DNA of 57,742 bases, the filler included, from Bipalium vagum (lineage: Eukaryota): NCBI GenBank assembly GCA_037834085.1. It is 3 parts of 3 records of this genome, joined end to end, with 100 filler letters (N's around TTAATTAATTAA, not from the genome) between each part and the next. Parts side by side here need not be neighbours in the genome. Positions count along the whole stretch, not along the records: positions 1 to 23,456 come from JBBMKC010208820.1; 2 more parts are not named here. One strand, written 5' to 3'. The translations under genes and the position numbers were made by a program. Positions 9,553 to 21,700 of the stretch are shown piece after piece. Numbering within the stretch: position 1 is the stretch's first letter; each line of letters begins with the position of its first letter. The notes beneath the pieces are model-generated. The model made no database searches and was not told the origin of the DNA. It saw only the letters and a program-made list of their open reading frames with translations.

Positions 9553-12500
9553 TTATACAGATGTTTCCGAATTAAATTTAATTAAGAATTTTTGAGAATC
9601 GTGATCAATTGTATCTTCGCTGAGAGAGAACATTGGTATATGGTATACAGTACAGAGTAAGGAAACGCTTTCCCTTTTAAGCATGAACGTTAGTCTATTT
9701 GACAGTCCTCGACTCAATGTATATTTACAGTAAACTGTCCAAACTTGCCCATTAATAGTTTCAGAGGCTTCGATCACCTTTGGAGTTGAAATAAAACTTT
9801 CAAGAAATGCTTGTGCTGACATTCCAAATTTAAGGCATTTGACTAAATGGTTGTGGATTCTTGACTTTGGAAATTGGATTTGCAATCGAGCGAGCCGAAG
9901 ATACTTTTGAAAAGGTTTAGCGAGTTGAGCTAAAATGTTTTGAGCGGCCTCAACGTTTGTTAGGATTTTTATGGAGTTATCTGCATAGAAATGAATAAAT
10001 AAAAGAATTTCAAATAAATAATTTTTCAATTTGTTATTAATCAAAAAATGAAATTGACGGAAAATACCCAATTAATGTTGCTCTAAATGTAATATATATA
10101 TACTAATAAATATAATCATAAGAATTAATAATAAAGTATTAATAGTGATAATAGGAGAAAATGTTAAGAAAAATTAGGTCAAATAAAAATTTAAATAAAA
10201 CTGGAAAATGTAATTAAAAAAAATTAAAATTTAAAGAAAAATACAAAGTTTTTATTTATTCATAAAATACATTTATTCACATCTAATCAAGAAAAGCAGC
10301 TCATTTAAATCAGTTTTGTGGAAATATTAATTAACAAATTAAATCTTTTCCCCATTAATTTATTAAGGAAGCAAAGAAGTTATTGGAAAAAAATTATTCA
10401 TTTTGTTATGTTATTTTTGAAGAGATTATTTTACAAATGTAATAAAAATAATGTAATAAAATTAAAAAAAAATTGAGTCTGGGGGAATCAGTATTTTGGT
10501 CTCCAAAACCAAATTTTCATTCAAACAAAACATTAGTCTGTTGATGGAATTTAAAGGACCAGGGATTTGGAAACTATTGGAATCGAGACAAACGATTAAG
10601 AGTGAAATTTTTTGTGAATAAATAGATCTTTTGGGGTATCTGAAGGATAAAGTTTATATTAATAAGCCAAAGTCCATTCAACAATTAGAACAATATTCGT
10701 GACGAAATTAAAGCGATAAACCCGGAAGTTGTAGCAGGTGTCTTTGAAAAATCCATAAAAAGAGCCAAATTTTGTGAGGCAGAAAGTGGTGGTCATTTGA
10801 AGGACATAATTTTCAAAATCTAGTTAAAAAAATCTCCGTGAATTATTGTTTATGTATAATATTCAAAATAAAAAATTGTCTGGAATATTTACTTTTTACT
10901 ATTATTTAAAATCATTAAGTTACTTTTGAGCCACCCTGTAGTTACCACCCCAATGCCAATTAGTTTGAAGTTGAGAAGTGCTTCAAACCTCTATAAAAAA
11001 CCTCAATTAGTATAGCAACAGGATCTTGAATAATATAATATATTGTAAAATAGGACAATATAAAGCAAAAGGTATAATATTTTTTTTTATAAAAGAAATA
11101 ATATTTTAGGACTTTAAAATCGTAAATTATACGAAAAGAATAAAAGAGGTTTAAAAATGAACATGAAAAATATCTTGTGTAAGAAAAGTATTTTAAGGAA
11201 TACCTAGAACAACGAGGATGGAATTAAGACAAATATGATGAAGTTAAAACAAGAAAATCTATGAAAATCAAATAAATCTTTAGAACCTAAAATTGTTTTC
11301 CCTGACTTTATTAAGATTAATGGGATTTCCTGGATATATTTTTTAACTATTTGAGGTAGTCAGTCCAATAGAAGGAACACTTTAAAACTACAATGAAAAG
11401 AAAAAGATATTGATTATTTAAAGAACAAAAAATAATATAAGCAATGATGAAAATATTCTTTAAAAGTATTTCAATTTTTGTTTAAACATTAAATTATATT
11501 ATATACCAACAAAAAGCTAAATTTTGTGTGGTTAAAGAGAGCACTCAGAAAAAATCTAGAATTACATCGCTTATAAGGTCAGTAAAATAGTGAGATAAAA
11601 ATGAAATGTAACATTTGATATTAAAGAGGGGACTAATCAGATCATAGGCCTTTTTAATTTTAAAATATTATTTATTTTTATAATGTGATGGTTTATTAAT
11701 ATTAAAATTAAAAAAATAATAACTATATATTAACTTAATTAGAAGTAATTTTTTAAAAATATTATTAAATATTAAATATTACATATAATAAAAAGTTTAC
11801 TGTAAAATATTAAATATTATGTATTTTATAATTTTTCATTGTTTTAATTGTAAGTGAATGGTTTGTAATGTTCGAAAAAATGAAGCATAAAGAAAATCTG
11901 TATAACCATGGCACCATATTTATCGTAAAACTACATTATTAATATCAATAAATTTCAAATATAAAATCAATTATAAAAAATAACAAAACCACTTTAAAGA
12001 GGGTATAATGGCCTTTGAACATCGTTGGCAGAAGTGCATTTATTTTAAGGGAAATTATTTTGAAAAATAATGTGATTTTTGTTAAAATAAAATTTGTTTT
12101 TCTGTTTCATTTCGCGAACTTTTCAAACCACGCTCGTATTATGAAACTTAATGTTTTTGAAAATTTGATAAATTTATAATGGTAAAATTTAAAAATATTA
12201 ATGATATGTCAAAATCCCACGGTTTGATTAAATTTTTGTGAAAATTAAAATTACTGGTATCACTTATCAAATTATTTAGAAAATGTCTTGCCTTGATTTT
12301 ATAATGTTAATAGATATAAAGTTTAGGAAGGGTATAACAGATATACTTGAGAAGAGAAGATAAAAAATATAGAATAATATATATAAATAATAAAAAAATA
12401 ATATAAAACATTTTTTTAAAAGGTAAGCATAATATCAAACGCCTTAGTTGAAGTTGAAGATTTGGTTTTATTGCGGGTAATAACGAAACTAACATAATTG

Positions 12501-12888
12501 AAATAAATATAAATATATAATATAAAATATTTTCCATAGACGAATTATTAATTCTTTAAAACACTTATTGAAATTAAAAATTGCTAGACAAAGTTTATTT
12601 TTGAAGAAAATGAATCAAATTTAATATTTTTTCATCTGAATTATTTATGTATTCTTGAAGAAATTCTTTGAACATTTTAATTAACATTTTCCCAAAATAT
12701 TTCACAAGTACATCTCGAAAGTTAATGGTGATGGAATTTTTTTCTAATGAAAACAAATTTATTTCCTTTTTAATTTATATAAATATTTTTTAATAAAAAA
12801 ATACAATTTCTGTCAACTATAATTAAATTGTTCGTTTGTAAATGTTAATTATCCTTTAGCAAAATTTTAGAAACAGAATAATAATGAT

Positions 12889-12928
<40 letters not shown>

Positions 12929-14350
12929 TTCATATTTCCACAATAAATGATAACAGTTATTATTAATTTTATTTTTTATGATTTTTTATATTATACGAAA
13001 ATGTGCACCAGGTCTTATCATCGGTTTTGTACATTTTCTAATTAGAACAGAAATCTTCCCAAAATGTGCTTGAATGATTAATTTCCTTCGGTGAAGAATC
13101 AGATATTATAGTGATGGTTTTATAATCTAAATGAGATATTATCTTTTAATAAAATCAATTTTCTGCGTTTTAATTGGCACAAATGTAATTAATTATCCTT
13201 TTATATCTTAATGACTTTTTCTGTTACCAATATACACAAACTGAAAAGAAATTAAAAAAGTGTTCGAACTTTGAAGATCAAAACAAACTTCTTAATCCAG
13301 GAGTTCTTAAAATTGACCATTACAACGGTTTTAATTTAAAGTAAAATTTTAATGAAAAATTCTCTTTAATTAACTAATTATCATAAATTTAGAAATATTA
13401 TTCAAGAAAATTAATAACTTTCTTCTCAGCATTGATTAAAACAAATTATTCACATTTTGACTAATTATTAATTAAAATAAATGAAAAAAAAACTACTGAA
13501 TAAGGACACTTCCAAAGAAAAAAAATATAATGAGATTAATAATGAAATCGATAGATTTGAAACGGGAATAAAGGATTTGTAGATGGAGTAAAAATCCATC
13601 ATCAAAACCTGATTATTTCAATGGAAAATCATCATCTGCAAAAGACAAAATCAATTTTGCTGTAGACTTGGCAAATAATTTTATCTGGAAATAATGCCTC
13701 AGGGAATCATCGTAGATTATCTCAGTAAGTACGGAAAGACAATATTTCTCATTCCGTAACATTGGGAAAATGAAGACCAACAAAAATATAATGAGCCACT
13801 ATGTTAAAACTAATTCGACAAAGAATTGGGAAGGATCACAAGAGGTCTTTGATGAGTTTGAATTTTTTAACCATATCCTCAAAAGCTCTACACGAGCATC
13901 TGTCACAATATTTTATCTCATTGTATTTCTTATTGTAAAAATTTTACAATGGGAACAATGAAACAAACCGTTTTGATTGTAATTTCTTTGATCGTCGAAA
14001 TTGCTCAGTTTCTTGATTCTGTTAAATGCATCTTCCGTAGACGTCATAAGCCGAAGTCTTCGCTTCTTTATTCGTTTTTCGTGCTCAATTTCTTTGTAGA
14101 ATTTCTCTCTCAAACTAATTGAACCAATTTCATACTGAGTTATTGATCGCGGAAACTTTTCTCCTTTACTCGACCGTGGCGATTGTCTTGGTGATTTCAA
14201 CGATTTTTTGCTCAATGAATTATTCTCTTTTTCCGGATTAACGTTATCTTTGGTGTGGGATTCCTTTTTATTTCTCGGAGAATAGACATCGGTATTACTG
14301 TCTTGGGAAATGGAAGATTTATACGTGGTTCTGGCGTATATGTTGTACAT
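9553..14350 (-). CDS. VANGL: Van Gogh/Strabismus (Vangl) planar-cell-polarity protein, last two exons (cytoplasmic tail); TM exons not found
   Basis: Exons 14350-13969 and 9980-9553, with a compatible phase-1 junction (G|AT). Motifs: EKFYKEIEHEKRIKKRRLRL..TEDAF.RIK, EAAQ.I...FQKYLR, HL..C...MSAQAFLE, and C-terminal PDZ-binding NSETSV. Confidence 0.92.
10480..10938 (+). mobile_element. rosa/DD41D-type Tc1/mariner 3' fragment
   Basis: LGYLKDKVYINKPKSIQQL...IRDEI...KRAKFCEAESGGHLKDIIFK*. Ends in ...ccaccctg|TA. Confidence 0.75.
11853..12136 (+). mobile_element. Internally deleted mariner (MITE-like), same family as 50700-51780
   Basis: The 5' 110 bp match the leader at about 50705-50800. The 3' part encodes HFKEGIMAFEHRWQKCIYFKGNYFEK*, followed by a TIR ...cgcgaacttttcaaaccacgctcg|TA. 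Confidence 0.7.
12880..12928. repeat. (AAT)n microsatellite
   Basis: Direct tandem AAT units. Confidence 0.85.
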
Positions 14351-14584
14351 CTGAATCCAAAGTAATAATGAAATATACACATTTTAGTATAAATATTATA
14401 TTTATATAATTATAATTATTACTTTTACTTGATTATTTAAAGCAGAAACCGTTACCATAAGATAAAAGGCACAAAATTAATTAATTTTAATTAATTATTT
14501 CAACCAGTAATTATATTAGTGAATCTGTAAAAATGGAAAGCAATGTTGGAGTAATAAAACAGCCATTGGTGAAAATAATAAATA

Positions 14585-15215
14585 TTAGGTCGACACATAA
14601 GTAATGTCGTTTTTAAATAATTAATATTCAATCAATAAGTATTAGGTTGTTTAGAAATGAATGCCGTTTTTTGAATTTTAATTTTTAAGTAAAAATCTTC
14701 ACGTAAGACTAAAGTTTATTAAGCAAAATATGCACCATTAGCTTGAATACACTTAGTCCAACGAGACACAAGTTTCTTTCATAAAATTCCTGTGTTCTGG
14801 AAGCAATGAAGTCGTTGAAGGTATTTTTGGCGTCCTCTTCGTTACTGAAACATCTATCGCGTAAGAAGTGGTAATAATTTCTTTAAATATATTAAATTAA
14901 TATTTTTTGGTGAATTTACGAAACAAGTTTAATGTTTTAATATATTTTTTTGAATAATTTGATTATATGCATTAAATCTGTAGAAATGGCAGAGGAAATA
15001 CCAAATGAAAATCATAAAAATATAGCCACCCAAGACTTCTTCGATTCCAAACCACAGGATTTTTATAAAGATGGTCTTATAAAATTAGTTTCTAAATGGA
15101 GTGACATCGTAGAAAACAATGGTGCTTATGTATTTAGTTAATATATCTGTTCTGCGACTTCTTTTGTTATTTAAAGTTTTCCATAAAAAACGACATTATT
15201 TATGTGTTGACCTAA
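14585..15215 (+). mobile_element. Deleted mariner with both TIRs and a second mariner 3' end nested at about 14642-14875 (- strand)
   Basis: TA|ttaggtcgacacataagtaatgtcgttttt ... aaaaacgacattatttatgtgttgacctaa|TA. The outer element encodes FFDSKPQDFYKDGLIKLVSKWSDIVENNGAY. The nested piece encodes KKLVSRWTKCIQANGAYF. Confidence 0.8.
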
Positions 15216-15379
15216 TAAATAAAATGTATAATTTTTTCACAAATGATAGGGAATTCGGACAATTTACAAGATAGCTTGGGGACGTTCATATTAATGAAAG
15301 TTTAGTACATTTGGTACATTTTAATCAATATTTTGTCATGTATATGGTAATTAAAATATAATATTTTCCTTCATTTCAT

Positions 15380-15880
15380 TTAAAATGGTGACCTAAAAAA
15401 CAAAGATATTATTAAATTTACGAAAGGTATTCACAAAATAAGGCTGTATGTGGTTGGGGGTGATGGTATACAACGCCCTTTCTATTGAATAATTTAGGCC
15501 GGTATTTTTCATCTCTTGTTTTAATCTTTCAAATTAATGATAATTAAAACAGTATATATAGAATCAATTGTTTGATAAGGACCAGAAGATCATAACGAAT
15601 GAATATTTCAAATCTTAGAAAAAAGACATCACCTTTGTTGAAGACAATCTTGGTTTTGTAATCGCTATCTTTATTGATTTACGGTTTTTTTTCATATTAT
15701 TTTTCTATGTGATCCACTTTTCATATCAGGTGATCATATTTTTCAGAAATGATTCAAGTTCATTTCTTTTCAGTAAAGATTCACGAACAGTAATTCTGTT
15801 GATTAAAATCTTTTCAGATAACTTATAGAGTACAATATGAGACGCACAAATATCAAATCTTTTCCAGATGATTTAAAATA
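15380..15880 (-). mobile_element. Old mariner remnant interrupted by the 15881-17050 mariner
   Basis: KLSEKILINRITVRESLLKRNELESFLKNMIT.(D)EKWI...NRKGVVYHH..QPHTA. Weak continuation (KKFR) at about 17053-17110. Confidence 0.7.
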
Positions 15881-17050
15881 TTGGGTTAAGGAATAGAAAA
15901 GTTCGTTTTTTAAATATATATTTAAATCATAAAAATAACAAGGTTATTTAATTTCAATCAATAATATATTCTCCATCGGTTTGAACAACTTGAGACCATA
16001 TCTGTGCTAAATCTTCAACACCTTTGCGATAAAATTCCAGTGGTTTTGAATCAAAAAATGCCGAGATCTCCATTTTGATATCCTCTTTACCTTTGAACTC
16101 CTGATCATTTAAATGATTTTGGAGAGATCAGAATAAATAGTAATCCGATGGTGCTAGGTCAGGAGAATATGGTGGATGTGGTAAGACTTCCCATTCAAAT
16201 TTCAGGATCTTTTCCCGAGTCAATCTAGCAGTGTGTGCTCTAATTGTTGAGCATACAGTTCAGCATTAATAGTTTGATTGTCATTCAACAGTTCCCAATG
16301 CACAATTCCATCGATGCACCACCATACAGATAATACCTTTTTAGGGTGCCGACCAGGTTTGACAGTGGGTAGGGGTGTTTGGTTTGGACTAACCATTGCC
16401 TATCTCTTTTGTTGTTGACATACAGAACCCATTTCTCATCACCTGTTATCAAGCGATCAAAAAAAGGATTGGTTCCCATTCTGGAGAGTGGTTGTTCTTT
16501 GAATTCTATTGGCATCAGTCAGTTTGTGCGGAATCCAAACACTTAGCTCACAGATTTTCCTATGCTTTTTTAATGATTCCAAACCGTTTTTTGGTCACAA
16601 TCAAAGGTTTGTGCCAAATCATATGTCGATTGAGGAGGGTTCGATTCGATATTTGCCCGCAAAATGTCATCATCCACCACATTTGGGGCTCCTGATTTTG
16701 GCTTGTCCTCCAGATCGAAATTTCCTTTCCGAAACTTTAGGAACCATTTCTGGCATTGACGGACACTAATGGCATCTGGATATACAGCGCAAATATTATT
16801 TGTCGCTTCTGTTGCCTTTACACCGGTTTTAAACTGAAAGAGCATGCAATGTCGAATATGCTCTTTAGTGAAATTCATAATTTTTATCTACAAATTTATA
16901 ATTTTTTCAAATTAATTTTATAAATAATTAAAGACTGATACCTGTACTAGTTAATTATTAAATTTAAATATTCGTCAAATCAATAAATATTATTTAAGCA
17001 ACTTCACAAAATGATATTAAAAAAACGACTTTACTATTTCCTTAACCCAA
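15881..17050 (-). mobile_element. Near-full-length mariner (DD34D) with both TIRs; pseudogenised transposase
   Basis: TA|ttgggttaaggaa...ttccttaacccaa|TA. Encodes MNFTKEHIRHCMLF...WFLKFRKGNFDLED, ITGDEKW and [16 protein letters not shown]. Has stops and a deletion over the second Asp motif. Confidence 0.92.
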
Positions 17051-17416
17051 TATTTTATCTTTGGACCACTTCATCCATCACCATGGTGATATTACTTAAC
17101 GAAATTTCTTAATTTAATTTGTTTATTGTATCTTTTAATATTTTTATTTGTTTTTTCAGGAGAAATAAAAATCTAAATTTTCAATTTAAACTTTAATAAT
17201 TTGTGCTTCCATGTGATAAATAACATGTTTTGAGAAATTTTCTATAAGACTCCTATTTTGTCTTGTATGGTGTAACTTGTGTTCAGCTTCATTCATTACT
17301 GTGGTGATATTAATTCTTAAAAATGATTGACTGATTTAATTTTTTATTAATTATTCGTTACTCGAGAAAGAGAATTTTGATTTTTTTTATTTGATTATTG
17401 ATTAAAATATCAACAG

Positions 17417-20400
17417 AACTCGACATTGATGCCGTGGAAAAGGAAATCGATAATGAATCGAGAGCAATTGATCCAGATTCCAATGACATAATCCAGTTTG
17501 ATGAATCGGAAAAAACGCCAGTTGAAGAAGAGAAAGAAGACAAAGCCGCAGTCAAGGTGAAGTTGCCTTTCGATAATTTCCTCAATTCACTATCGAACTG
17601 CATCAACCGCGATCTGATCGATAAAGCCAGTCAGGAATTCTGTGAACAATACAACAACAAAGCCAATCGGACTCGACTGTCCCGAGAACTGTTCTGTGTA
17701 CCGAGAAATCGTTACGATCTCTTGCCGTTTTATGCTCGACTGATCGCTAATCTTAACCAAATCACCAACGAGGTGGCCAACGATGTCTGCCAATCATTGA
17801 TGAGTGAACTACGCTGGCATGTGCACAAAAAGATGCAGACCAATCTGGAATCGAAAATCAAAACCGTTCGATTTATTGGTGAGCTTGTCAAGTTTGGTGT
17901 ATTCAAGAAATCGGAAGCTCACAACTGTGTCAAGGAGCTGCTCCGACAATTTCAGCATCACAATATCGACATGTTGTGTGCCCTACTGGAAACGTGTGGT
18001 CGTTATCTGTTTCGCTCAAAGGATAGTCACAAACGGACGGATGTCTACTTGAAAATAATGCTCAAGCGCAAAGATGTCACAGTGCTGGACCAGAAATACT
18101 TGACTATGATCGATAATGCCTATTATTACTGTAACCCACCGCTGGTGCCCAGCAAGTTCTACGAGGTGGAAGATCTTACACCGGACCAATTGTTCTTGCG
18201 CAAACTGCTTTACGTTGACCTCAACAAACACAACAGTGACAAAATTTTCAAATTGGTCAGGAAATTTAACTGGAACGACTCTGAGGTCAGTGAAAATCTA
18301 TGTTTCCATTTATTCTTTGCCACCTCTACTCTCTCGTGTTCTTTTGTTTTTGTCCCCAAACGGTGTCCAACATTAATCTCTATTTATTATTCATTTTCAC
18401 GTTTTAGTTTCTGGAATTCGCAATTCAAACTTTCACCGAGGTTTGGAAGGTCAAATTTAACAATGTTCCATATTTGGCCAGCGTTCTTGCAGGACTAACT
18501 CCGTATCACGAGGAGCTCGTTGTTTCCGTAGTTGATAATGTGATTGAGGAGATACGATTGGGTTTAGAGGTGAGATGGGATGTTTTGTTATTTCGTTTAT
18601 TTGCTCTAGTCTTATTTCATATTCATCGATAAAATTTTTTTGTTTTGTCTATTGATTAAATGATTTTTATTGGTATCCCAAAAAAATCAATAAATCACAA
18701 TTTCAGATCAATGATCACAAATTGAATCAAAATCGTGTGAGTGTTATCCGATACTTGGGGTATTTTTACGTCTATAAATTGGTCAATGCTGGTGTGATTT
18801 TCAACATTCTCTATTCGCTCATTTCCTTCGGAATATCCAATGAAAGTAAATCGATTTCTCTTGACATATAGATGTGCTGTTGATTATAATAATTATTATT
18901 CTCTTTATTTCAGTTGAGTCTCAACTGGACCCGGTGGACAATTATTTCAGAATCAATTTGATTTACACTTTGCTCGACAGTTGTGGACAATATTTCAAAA
19001 TCGGTAATATTGGGAAAAAGCTGGATATATATTTTCTCTATCTGCAAGTGAGTCTAATTAATAATCAATAAATCATTGTTATTTATTTCATGAAAGGGTG
19101 CCAATTATTAGTGAAAACATAACTATTTTACATATCTATGCCATTGGGAATAAAAACCCAATTAATTTTCAATAATTGTAATTTGAATCGATTTTCTAAA
19201 AAATAATATCACTTGCCTTCATTCGATGAAAACAGACAATGGTCGATTTTTGAGATTTATTAAATATCAATCGACATTATTATTGAGTTAACAATTCATT
19301 TGGTTATTAATACATTTCGATAAGTTTGGTTAATAAAATTAATTATTGCACGAAGCACAGAACCACAGTGAAGTTTATCAATTTTTTTATTCAGCAATAT
19401 TTTCTCTTCAAAAAATCTCTTGAAACAAGCACAGCCTTGAAATCAGACGACCAGGACGGACCTGGTGATAAAACCAAAAGCACTTTCACAATTTTAATTG
19501 AGGGTCAACTAAAAGACACGATCACATCGTTGAGACCTAAATGTAAAATATACGCAAGTCTAGAGGACATTCGGCCCGTTATCGAAAAATTTGAAGCCGA
19601 CTGCATTCGAAAGCTAAATTCAAAATCGATTTATTTGGCCAACAGCGAGGCTCAGAATACCAATCAAGGTGGACTGCATAATATCGAAGAAGAACCATGT
19701 GAAGAAGAATTGCAGAAGGACGAAATCATGGATTCACCGAACGAAGATTTGGAGAGCAACGATGAGAACGGCGAGAATGCTGATGTTGGTGTCACAGATT
19801 GTTTTCTAAATCGATTATTTATATTTGTAGACCGCAGAAGACTCTCCAAAAATCTCCATTAAAGATTCTAGTAAACCACGATTCATTGCCTGTACAGAAG
19901 ACGATGATTTCCTACAGCTCTTCGACCAAATGCAAACCGAATCACTCCAGATCCACCCAAATCAAGCGGGGAAAATTGTTAATATCAACGTCACCATTCC
20001 TAAGCACATGAAAACGAAAACCGACATATCGGAAATGGTAAGCTAGTTCATTATTAGTATTGTTATTATTTCATTATTACTTCTATATTCCAGATCGCTG
20101 ATAACGATCCGGAATCGTCGAAGTCGACAGTACCCTATGCACTGGTATCGAAAAAGATGGGTAAAAATCAATATACTGAAATTAATGTACCGAGAAATGT
20201 GGAATTTGTTCACAAATTAATCGAAGTGACTCAAGCATCGGAAAAACAGAGGAAATCGTTGAATAAAGTTGTTCTGGCTATGCATCACGCTCAACAACAG
20301 GAAGAATATTTGGAGGGTTCGTTGTAAATATCTCGATTTAGTTCATTTTTAATTCATGTTGAATTCTTGATTTATCGGAAAGTATTTTGATTTGTATTTT

Positions 20401-20797
20401 TCAATCAATTATCTTTCTATTAATTTCTTTGTAAAATCATTATCGAACCAATATTAAAATAAAAAATATTTTATCAATATTATTCTTTTATAAAAGTATT
20501 TAAAATTAAATTTAATGCAATGAAATAAAAATTTAAAATTGTTACTAACAATAGATTATGAAGTTTGAGTTTTTTACCTTTAACTGTTTTTAAATCAATC
20601 ATAATAATCAATGTAATTTTTTTATTTAAATCTTCGTTTCAAAAACTTATTTGTGTAAGTTGATTATTGATTTTGATTTAGAAACTCAGTCCATGAATTA
20701 CGGTCCTACTATGACTACATATAACGATAAGCGGCACAGGAACGCTGTTAACCGAGGCGTTCCCGATACCAGCGACATATTTGGCAGCACAAAGTAA
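17417..20797 (+). CDS. UPF2: Nonsense-mediated decay factor UPF2 (MIF4G-2, MIF4G-3, acidic linker, UPF1-binding C-terminus); 5' exons not found
   Basis: Exons 17417-18285, 18408-18569, 18707-18845, 18914-19047, 19395-19784, 19831-20037, 20094-20316 and 20682-20797, all GT-AG and phase-compatible. Motifs: NCINRDLIDKA, RYDLLPFYARL, RFIGELVKF, HHNIDMLCALLETCGRYL, IDNAYYYCNPP, VVDNVIEEIRLGLE, CTEDDDFLQLFD, RGVPDTSDIFG. Confidence 0.95.
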
Positions 20798-20887
20798 ATT
20801 ATTATCACCTTTTATATAAATCGTGAATGTGTGAAGGTTTTGTTCAAAATGAATTTTTATTTTTTCCATTCAGTCGCAGGAAGTGAT

Positions 20888-20917
20888 GGAGACAGAGAGA
20901 GAGACAGAGCGAGAGAG
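20888..20917. repeat. Imperfect (GA)n tract downstream of UPF2 stop
   Basis: gagacagagagagagacagagcgagagag. Confidence 0.7.
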
Positions 20918-21700
20918 CTGATTGCATATTATTTCGTGATTCCTATTTCCAAGCCCAAGCAAATGGAGGAGAGCTCGCGTTTGTTATGAATAAACTGAAA
21001 AATTGACTTGATTTTATTATTATTATTACTATTGAACATTTAATACGTTGGACGATCTTCAGTGACGGTGATCAGCATCACACGTAAAGTGTATCATGGG
21101 ATTGTTGTTGTTCGTCGTCATTTTAAAAAGATTCGTCTCTGTATTTCAAATACATTGATGTCGTTAAACTTTCTGTTCTTACTTTTACTATTATTGTTTC
21201 TAATTTTCTTTTATTTTAAACTTCATTTGATCCTTACTGAAACATGATTCAGTTCACTTAATTATTTGGACAGGTGATTCGTGACATTGAACTATATATT
21301 AAGTTAAGCCAGCATAAGGAAAAATATAAAGAATATTATTTTTGAATAATTCCAAATATTTGTACTTGAAAGGTGTTAAATATATATCAGCAAATCTCCT
21401 AATTGTCTGTTGTGGTGAAATAATGAGTATTTTACAGTTGAGCTGGCTTATTAAAAATGTGATCAAAAACAATTGATTAACTCTGAAAGGAATTTTTAAA
21501 GAAAATTAAAAGTACTTCCCTTCCATGGGTCGCAGCTCAGCTCAAAATGATTAAATTTACAGGATAATTATTAATTAGTACAATTAATTTTAATCTCTCG
21601 GATGTAGCTTCGTGCCACTGACCCTTCGATCAAGCACATTTACCAGTGATCCGAATGGTCAAATTCGTGTTTATGAATAAAATGTTTATTTAATTATATA

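Noticed and set aside
12307-12537. Hydrophobic 76-aa ORF as a membrane protein or the missing Vangl TM exon
   Set aside because: Low-complexity F/I/Y/L from AT-rich DNA. It lies downstream of where TM exons must be and has no Vangl motifs.
13500-13910. Possible UPF2 5' exon inside the Vangl intron
   Set aside because: Stops in all frames and no MIF4G-1 motif. KPDYFNGK looks more like decayed gag, but too weakly to call.
17358-18376. Several overlapping or antisense ORFs over UPF2
   Set aside because: Shadow ORFs of a GC-richer coding exon.
20860-21250. Convergent gene exons downstream of UPF2
   Set aside because: Acceptor-like sites exist, but all frames close quickly. More likely UTR or regulatory sequence.
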